Below the pieces are notes generated by a model. That model was not told where the DNA came from. It ran no database searches and saw nothing but the letters and a program-made list of their open reading frames with translations. A program made the position numbers and the translations under genes. This document shows, piece by piece, positions 57,599-64,000 of a stretch of 64,000 nt of DNA; the stretch's first letter is position 1; the number at the start of each line of letters is the position of its first letter. The DNA comes from Patescibacteria group bacterium (GTDB lineage: Bacteria; Patescibacteriota; Microgenomatia; UBA10105; UBA927), in contig JBMOPU010000012.1 in assembly GCA_049322955.1 (NCBI GenBank), forward strand, positions 408,150 through 472,149, read 5' to 3'.

Positions 57599-58528
57599 AT
57601 GGAAACAACGCAAGAAAGTTTTTGGTACAAGCATCGTCTGGCAATTGCAATTACCCTTATCTTGATGATAAGCGGGACAATCGGGCTTACGTTTGCCGTT
57701 CGATCAATGAAGGCGGGGAGTGTTGTCAGTGTGGCGCAAAAAAATGAGCAAACGCTCTGCGCCGAGCCATACTCGCTGGAGTATATGCAAACACAGGTGT
57801 CGTGGGGAGATTATGAAGCAAGGCAAGAGCTGGCTGAAACCCGATTGCCTGAACTAGACCTCCAAGAGATACAAACCTTCATTGACAGCCAGTGCAAGCA
57901 AGCATCACTCATTGCAGAAGCGGCAAGATTTGCACAAACCGAAAGTGAAAAAGTACTGCTGTACAATCAAACGACAGATCTTCTTCACGAGACTAATACG
58001 GTATCGCGAAAGATGGCTGAAGCAATCTATGCTGATGCGACCGCGTGCGTTGATGCGCTTGGTAAAGCAATAAATGCCGATACAGAGAGCAATAATGGAT
58101 TGGTCATGAAGGCTAAGACATACGCAAGTAACGGGAAATGGAGATTTTGTAGCCACTTCGCGGATGAGGCAGTACGAGAGCTCAACGCACAACAGGAATG
58201 TAATGAAGCGTATTTACATGCAAGCGATGTTGTCGTTACGCAGAGCTCATTTATCCTTTCTGCACGTGATTATCGTGAACAATCAGATTGGGAGTCGTGC
58301 ATATATTTCAGCAAAAGAGCGGTACAGGAGGCGAATGCGATAACTTCCTGCAAAGAAACGTATGCGCAAGCTATGGAAATGGCACAGCAACTCCAGTTGT
58401 CGTTACCAACAATTGACGACGCCGAGGCGAGTATTTCTGCTTCAGATTGGGCATCCTGTTCCTTTTACAGCGAACAAGCACTTGCAACATTGGCAGGATA
58501 CATGCCCACCGAAACACCCCCGCCGTGA
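57599..58528 (+). CDS. Membrane-anchored helical repeat protein
   Basis: N-terminal TM; three ~50-aa repeats C.....A....W..C...A. Confidence 0.8.
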   Translation: METTQESFWYKHRLAIAITLILMISGTIGLTFAVRSMKAGSVVSVAQKNEQTLCAEPYSLEYMQTQVSWGDYEARQELAETRLPELDLQEIQTFIDSQCKQASLIAEAARFAQTESEKVLLYNQTTDLLHETNTVSRKMAEAIYADATACVDALGKAINADTESNNGLVMKAKTYASNGKWRFCSHFADEAVRELNAQQECNEAYLHASDVVVTQSSFILSARDYREQSDWESCIYFSKRAVQEANAITSCKETYAQAMEMAQQLQLSLPTIDDAEASISASDWASCSFYSEQALATLAGYMPTETPPP

Positions 58529-58547
58529 GGCGGGATTCCGAGGGAGC

Positions 58548-58593
58548 CCCGACAGGCAATTGATCATATGGTTGATCACTTGTCGGGGTTTTT
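58548..58593 (+). terminator. Intrinsic terminator
   Basis: CCCCGACA ... TGTCGGGG followed by TTTTT. Confidence 0.65.
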
Positions 58594-58668
58594 CTTAAGA
58601 AAACGAGCATTGGGCTCGTTTATTTGGGAAAAACCGGGGAGAAAAATACGTTATACTAGATACATCGT

Positions 58669-58884
58669 ATGGATATAGGTAAGCCAAAGCGTGTCCGAGT
58701 AGCACTCCGTACTGAGGGTGAGGCAATGCACGAAGTAACCACAGAAGAGGGTGCTCCTTTAGTGCCTGTTATAGGCGGGAAGCCTGATAAAAAAACACAG
58801 AATATTCCGCTTTTGGACCTTATCGCCAAGATAAACTTCCGAGGCAAAGGCAAAACGAAGCCGCCGGAAGAGCCTACCGAATAA
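58669..58884 (+). CDS. Small hypothetical protein
   Basis: 71 aa; TATACT upstream. Confidence 0.55.
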   Translation: MDIGKPKRVRVALRTEGEAMHEVTTEEGAPLVPVIGGKPDKKTQNIPLLDLIAKINFRGKGKTKPPEEPTE

Positions 58885-58898
58885 ATTCGAGCATCCTC

Positions 58899-59210
58899 AT
58901 GACGCGCGTGTATATTGAAACCATCGGTTTAGATGTCGATCCCGATAAGCGGATTGTGTATCTTGCAGACGGCGGTGAGCGTAAGCTCACCGGTCGTGAA
59001 TATCAGGCGCTCAAAGCCCAAATTCAGGGCGCCACTTCGCTTGCGGAAATTGCCAGAAGCATGTCTGACGACGATGTGCATACCGGTCGCGGGGTCGAGG
59101 GAGCCGCCGATACCGTTGATGCGGGGAGTGCGGCAAAACATCTTGCGACGCTCCGTAGCAAGCTCGGCGCACAAATTGTACCGATTTTGAAACGGGGAAG
59201 AAAGAAATAA
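58899..59210 (+). CDS. Stand-alone OmpR/PhoB-type winged-helix protein
   Basis: LDVDPDKR.V.....KLTGREYQ.L...HLATLRSKL. Confidence 0.65.
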   Translation: MTRVYIETIGLDVDPDKRIVYLADGGERKLTGREYQALKAQIQGATSLAEIARSMSDDDVHTGRGVEGAADTVDAGSAAKHLATLRSKLGAQIVPILKRGRKK

Positions 59211-59226
59211 CGTATCGGTACAATCC

Positions 59227-59505
59227 TCAACCGAGAATTGCCCGTATTGAGGCGATGTCGGCCGCGATTTGATCATCCTCAAATTTACTCACCCGTCTGA
59301 TGACGCGGTCTATATGTGCCTTGGTTGAGAGCGGATCCTTTTCCAAAAGTCGTCGCAGTTCGCCGTGAATTGCGGCGCGCGCTGACTTGAGCTCGTCCGG
59401 ATAGGACTCTCGTGTGGTCGGACGGCGACGGTCGGTTTTTCCGGGAGGAAGTTTTCTCGTACCTTGTCGGATTTCCTCAATGATCTCGGGAGGATATTCG
59501 GTCAT
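59227..59505 (-). CDS. Hypothetical protein
   Basis: ATG 59505 just after TATACT; 92 aa. Confidence 0.55.
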   Translation of the reverse strand: MTEYPPEIIEEIRQGTRKLPPGKTDRRRPTTRESYPDELKSARAAIHGELRRLLEKDPLSTKAHIDRVIRRVSKFEDDQIAADIASIRAILG

Positions 59506-59629
59506 CGGTATAGTATAGCATTTACCCCCATGATCATTTGCCTGTGTCTCATTGCATCGCCTATAAACATTTATCGCAAGCGCACTGCTATGTTCGGCGT
59601 CGCGGTCACGTGCTACAATCCATAGCATT

Positions 59630-60499
59630 ATGGTAGAAACTTCAGGAGGCGCTTTCTCCCGTCGGGAGCGGATGTCCCCGATGCGTACGCCGGAAAGAAC
59701 GGCGGAAACAAATCCGATAAAAAGTCCGGAACGGAAAAATCCGGGAAAGCCTGAAATAGACAAACATTCTCTCGAAGCCGTAAAAGCCAAAAAAGCCCAG
59801 AAGCCTGCACCCCCGTTGTGGCGGGAACGGGCGGAGTTCATGCCCGCGACGGCGGAGTTTTTCCGTCGGTGCGGGATTGATCCCCAGTACGTCAATCCCA
59901 CTCCTCTTGGTGAGGGACTCACCAATGTCGTGTTTTCCTATATCGCGCCCGACGGATCCCCGAAAGTTATCAAAATGGCACGTCAGATGCGCAAAGGATT
60001 CATGAGCACCGGGTACGATCAGGACACGGAAAACATAGCGCTTGTCAAAAAATATTTCGGCGAATATGCGGTACCCACCGAGATTCATAAAGATCCCGAA
60101 TCGGAAAGGTATCTTATCGTACAGGACGCAATTGAAGGCAAAGCGATTACCAATAAAATTGAAACCCAGGGGGTCCGTTCACAGCTTGCCGATATGGCCA
60201 GATTAAATCGCGAAATGATGCGTCAGACGGGGCATAGTTTGGACTTTATCGGAGTTCCCGGTTTCCTGACCTGGCTTCGGCATCAATACCGGGGTATTCT
60301 TACCAAAAAAAGCGAATTTGAAATATCCAATATTCTCGTCGATAACGAAGGAAAACTGAAAATCATTGACGAAGGATTATTACGGTTTAAAGGCGTGCCG
60401 CTCAAGCAATCGTCGATAGCCAACATCGGCTTTATGACCAACCGGCTCATCATGCGCCTGTACTTCGGTGTTGATCTCCTGCCACAACCGAATTCGTGA
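59630..60499 (+). CDS. Protein-kinase-like fold protein
   Basis: LGEGLTNVV (Gly loop), VIK, SNILVD..GKLKIID.G. Confidence 0.7.
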   Translation: MVETSGGAFSRRERMSPMRTPERTAETNPIKSPERKNPGKPEIDKHSLEAVKAKKAQKPAPPLWRERAEFMPATAEFFRRCGIDPQYVNPTPLGEGLTNVVFSYIAPDGSPKVIKMARQMRKGFMSTGYDQDTENIALVKKYFGEYAVPTEIHKDPESERYLIVQDAIEGKAITNKIETQGVRSQLADMARLNREMMRQTGHSLDFIGVPGFLTWLRHQYRGILTKKSEFEISNILVDNEGKLKIIDEGLLRFKGVPLKQSSIANIGFMTNRLIMRLYFGVDLLPQPNS

Positions 60500-61001
60500 C
60501 CGGATGCCTTCGAAGCCCGAGATGCGGGTATTTAAACGATGATCGCCTTGTCGGTTCTCCTCCGTTTTTTCGCCACATCGCAAAGACATCGGTCGACGGC
60601 GCCCGTGCACCGGGTTGTTCTGCCGCGTAGGCAAACGTTCCTTCTTCCTGTACCTCGCCTTGATTCCATGTCTGTTCGACAGGGTAGCGCTCCGCTTGGT
60701 CCCATCCGAACGGCGCATCGTCGTCGGGCTCCATAAAATGAACCGTTCCCGTTCGGGGATTATGGGTAACCAATACCCTGCGGACAAACTGGTCAACCAA
60801 CGCCATTATCCCTCCGGAGAACGTCGTCACTCTTCCGACTACTTCTTCACGAGAGGGTACTACTCCCATGCCAACCTCGTAATATTGTGCATCTGCCGCT
60901 TCCATTTCAGGAGGATAACCGAGTTCCGAGGGATCGAAAAAATCCGCATCACCGGACTCTTCGTACGAAGGGGTTACATAGCGGGGTTCCTTCCGTAGCA
61001 T
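60450..61001 (-). CDS. Hypothetical protein
   Basis: ATG 61001 after TATAAT; acidic N-terminus. Confidence 0.5.
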   Translation of the reverse strand: MLRKEPRYVTPSYEESGDADFFDPSELGYPPEMEAADAQYYEVGMGVVPSREEVVGRVTTFSGGIMALVDQFVRRVLVTHNPRTGTVHFMEPDDDAPFGWDQAERYPVEQTWNQGEVQEEGTFAYAAEQPGARAPSTDVFAMWRKNGGEPTRRSSFKYPHLGLRRHPVTNSVVAGDQHRSTGA

Positions 61002-61065
61002 ACGGTTTGTATTATACCGCACGGGGCAAGGCACGATACACGGATGTGATAGAATGATTTTCATC

Positions 61066-62121
61066 ATGCTTGACTGGATCTTTAGTCTTCTTTCCCACGA
61101 CCTCGGTATCGATCTCGGTACCGCCAATACCCTCGTCTATGTCAAAGACAAAGGCATCATGATCCGGGAACCTTCCGTCGTTGCCAGGCATCGCAAGACA
61201 AAACGGGTGGTCGCCATCGGTCGCGAAGCAAAGCACATGTTGGGGAGGACTCCGGAAACCATTGAAGCGCTTCGTCCGCTCAAAGACGGAGTGATTGCCG
61301 ATTTTGATGCGACGGCCGCAATGCTTACCCACTATATACGGCTCGTTCATATGCAACCCAAACGGGCGGGATTTCCCAGTATCCCGAAACCCAAAGTAGT
61401 CGTCGGGATCCCGTCGGGAGTAACCGAGGTGGAACGGCGCGCCGCCGCGGAAGCCGCGATTATGGCGGGAGCGCGGGAAGCGTATCTTATTGAAGAGCCG
61501 ATGGCGGCGGCCATCGGCGCCGGTCTTCCCATCCAGGAAAGTCGGGGGAGTTTTATTTGCGACATCGGCGGGGGAACCACGGAAATAGCCGTCCTTTCAT
61601 TGGGAGGTATCGTGGTGAATAGAAGTATTCGGACGGCCGGAGATGAAATGGACGAGGCGATCGTGTCGTTCGTTCGACTCAAACATTCACTCCTCATCGG
61701 AGAACCGACTGCGGAAGAGGTAAAAATAGCAGTCGGTAGCGCGTACCCGATGGATAAAACCGACCGGCAAACGGTTGTGCGGGGACGGGACATTGAAACG
61801 GGGTTACCCCGCTCGGTGCGATTATCCGAAACCGAAGTTCGCGAAGCGATATCGCCCGTTATCCACGAGATCGTCGAAGCGATTGCGGAAACCATTGAAG
61901 AGACCCCCCCCGAACTTATCGGTGATATCATGGAGCACGGCATAGTGCTTGCCGGCGGCGGCAGTAAGGTAAAAGGGATAGACAAACTCGTTGCAACAGA
62001 ACTTAAAATGCCCGTATGGATTACGGACGATCCGCAAACGGCGGTCGTGCGCGGGTGCGGAAAACTGCTTGATGATCCCGTTCTTCTTGCAAAGGTAAAG
62101 ATTGCCGCGCGCAAGGTATAA
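61066..62121 (+). CDS. mreB: Rod shape-determining protein MreB
   Basis: GIDLGTANTL, RPLKDGVIADF, EEPMAAAIGAG, DIGGGTTE. Confidence 0.97.
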   Translation: MLDWIFSLLSHDLGIDLGTANTLVYVKDKGIMIREPSVVARHRKTKRVVAIGREAKHMLGRTPETIEALRPLKDGVIADFDATAAMLTHYIRLVHMQPKRAGFPSIPKPKVVVGIPSGVTEVERRAAAEAAIMAGAREAYLIEEPMAAAIGAGLPIQESRGSFICDIGGGTTEIAVLSLGGIVVNRSIRTAGDEMDEAIVSFVRLKHSLLIGEPTAEEVKIAVGSAYPMDKTDRQTVVRGRDIETGLPRSVRLSETEVREAISPVIHEIVEAIAETIEETPPELIGDIMEHGIVLAGGGSKVKGIDKLVATELKMPVWITDDPQTAVVRGCGKLLDDPVLLAKVKIAARKV

Positions 62122-62123
62122 TA

Positions 62124-62696
62124 GTGTCAATGCAGATCGCTTCATTGATTTCCACGCTCACCGAGCCGATGGTGCTCGTTATGTTTCTTATGGGTGTCGG
62201 TGCGTGGCAGGCGGGGCTTCGTGACTCGGCACTCGTATCATTCCTGATCTATATCGGTGTTTTTTCTTTGGCATCGTTGATCCTTCGCCGACTTGCCATG
62301 AAACGCCTTGACGTCAATTGGGACATATCCGACCGTTCTAAACGGGTAAAATCCCTCATACCGTTTTTAGGGATATGTGCGGTATTTTTTTCGGTTATCT
62401 TCATGTGGGGTAATAACGCATTGTCCGATTTTGGAATCTCCCTCATCGTTTGGTTAGCAGGATTTTCTCTCATTACCCTCCGGGCAAAAATATCGGGCCA
62501 TATGGCGGTATATATGTTAACCTTCGGATATATGATTATATGGTTTGGCGCCGTATGGTGGCTCTTTTTGTTGGCATTGCCGTTGGTTGCCTGGTCACGA
62601 TTAGTACTCAAACGGCATACCCTTTATGAGGTAATCGGGGGCACATTGTACTCAATATTTTTCCTGCTCATCTTCATGCAATTTTTTGAAAGGTAG
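62124..62696 (+). CDS. PAP2-like membrane protein
   Basis: KISGH, WSRLVLKRHT..EV..G. Confidence 0.75.
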   Translation: MSMQIASLISTLTEPMVLVMFLMGVGAWQAGLRDSALVSFLIYIGVFSLASLILRRLAMKRLDVNWDISDRSKRVKSLIPFLGICAVFFSVIFMWGNNALSDFGISLIVWLAGFSLITLRAKISGHMAVYMLTFGYMIIWFGAVWWLFLLALPLVAWSRLVLKRHTLYEVIGGTLYSIFFLLIFMQFFER

Positions 62697-62705
62697 CATG
62701 GTTAC

Positions 62706-64000
62706 ATGAAACTCGGATCGGCATTTTCGGATAGCGTCATCACCGGACAAGGTCGTCGTGTGCGACCGAAAGAAGATGCACCCTGGTGGGTGGGTGCGGG
62801 GCGCGCACTTATTTTTGCCACGATTCTTTGTGTCAGTTTCTTTGTGCTGGTGTGGCGATTGTTTGATCTCACCGTTATTCACGGCAGGGAATATCGGCAC
62901 CTTTCCGATAACAATCGCACGCGAAGTTTAGTTCGTCATGCGCCGCGCGGAATACTCCTTGACCGTACCGGAACGCCGCTTGTTGCCAATATTGCCCAGT
63001 ATCGACTGTTAAAACCCTGTGAGGCGGGGGGAATTGCAGAGTGCGTGTCGTATCTTTCTCAGGAAGAAGGTGACAAACTCATGCACGGAGGAGGGCTTCC
63101 TGCGGGAGAGTATGTGGAAGTGGATTACCTCAGAAAGTATATATATGGAGATGCGCTCGCTCATGTCGTCGGCTACATCGGCGAACTTTCTTCAGAGGAG
63201 TTGGCAAGCGACTACTACAAAACCAGAAACTACGGGTTGGGTGATCGGGTAGGGCGAATGGGGGCCGAGGAAGTCTATAACGAACGACTCCGCGGGAGAG
63301 ACGGAAGAGAGCTCGTGGAAATCGATTCGAGCGGCAAGATCCTCCGTACCTTGGGAAGAGTGGAAGAACTCCCCGGAGAAAATATTTACCTATCCCTTGA
63401 TGCCGGGCTATCGAAAGCCGCGGCTCAGGCGTTCCCGGCGGGTGAAAAAGGCGCGGTTATTGTGGCAAAGCCACAAACAGGCGAAATTCTTGCCATGTAT
63501 TCGAGTCCGGGATTTTCCCCCGATGCATTTACCCTCGGGATGAGTACGGCACAGTATCAGGCACTTACGACGAATCCGGACCTCCCTATGTTTAACCGTG
63601 CCGTCGGAGGTGCGTATCCTCCCGGATCGACGTTTAAAATACTTACGTCCATCGCCGGAATAGAGGAAGGCGTGATTACCAAAACGACAACCGTCGAGGA
63701 CAAGGGAGTGATTACTATCGGTCCATTTTCATTTCCGAATTGGTACTTTCTTCAGTACGGAAAAACGGACGGTATCGTCGATGTCGTCAAAGCGTTACAG
63801 CGAAGTAACGACATATTTTTCTATAAGGCGGGTGAGTGGATAGGGATAACAAAACTTGCGGAGTGGGCAAGAAAAGTAGGGATTGGAAAACCCCTGGGAA
63901 TCGAACTTTCGGGCGAAACGGGAGGGCTTATGCCGGATCCGGCGTGGAAAAAACAGCGGTTTAACTCGGAAGAGGATAAGCGGTTACGAAACGACGAATG
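62706..64000 (+). CDS. mrdA: Penicillin-binding protein 2 (3'-truncated by window edge)
   Basis: ATG 62706; TM; APRG..LDR.G; NRA..G.YPPGSTFK (SxxK); S.D.FFY; open to the window end. Confidence 0.93.
   Translation, partial: MKLGSAFSDSVITGQGRRVRPKEDAPWWVGAGRALIFATILCVSFFVLVWRLFDLTVIHGREYRHLSDNNRTRSLVRHAPRGILLDRTGTPLVANIAQYRLLKPCEAGGIAECVSYLSQEEGDKLMHGGGLPAGEYVEVDYLRKYIYGDALAHVVGYIGELSSEELASDYYKTRNYGLGDRVGRMGAEEVYNERLRGRDGRELVEIDSSGKILRTLGRVEELPGENIYLSLDAGLSKAAAQAFPAGEKGAVIVAKPQTGEILAMYSSPGFSPDAFTLGMSTAQYQALTTNPDLPMFNRAVGGAYPPGSTFKILTSIAGIEEGVITKTTTVEDKGVITIGPFSFPNWYFLQYGKTDGIVDVVKALQRSNDIFFYKAGEWIGITKLAEWARKVGIGKPLGIELSGETGGLMPDPAWKKQRFNSEEDKRLRNDE

Noticed and set aside
1-64000. Alternative genetic code (UGA=Gly) and long antisense ORFs
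   Set aside because: Conserved genes are intact under table 11 and several end in TGA. Long opposite-strand ORFs (e.g. 1176-2180, 17542-18537, 61347-62114) are shadows of well-supported genes.

Overview
Chromosomal segment of a small-genome bacterium using the standard code (table 11). Gene content and style suggest Patescibacteria/CPR, probably Microgenomates; this is an inference, not a database result. The backbone is the ancestral tRNA-Thr(TGT), tRNA-Tyr, tRNA-Thr(GGT), rpmG, tRNA-Trp, secE, nusG, rplK-A-J-L cluster. It keeps its order on the minus strand but is spread over ~34 kb by inserted genes. Other housekeeping genes are rpmB, def-fmt, mreB and a partial PBP2. Scavenging enzymes include rpe, deoC, GalT-like, galU, GH36, SDR threonine dehydrogenase + kbl, speD and an archaeal-type PPAT/dephospho-CoA kinase fusion. 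Many proteins are membrane-anchored or secreted. Most notable observations: (i) a 50.2-59.2 kb island in which a six-gene SPFH/membrane operon sits between a ~1.4 kb hairpin-dense leader (containing a 52-aa K/E peptide) and a structured trailer, bracketed by two stand-alone OmpR-type winged-helix genes; (ii) a shared D-[IL]-R-S-R-A motif right after the N-terminal TM helix of three unrelated surface proteins, a candidate sorting/processing signal; (iii) a promoter-driven ~170-nt rod-shaped ncRNA (6S-like); (iv) a repeat mosaic beside tRNA-Trp. No CRISPR array, integrase or transposase was seen.
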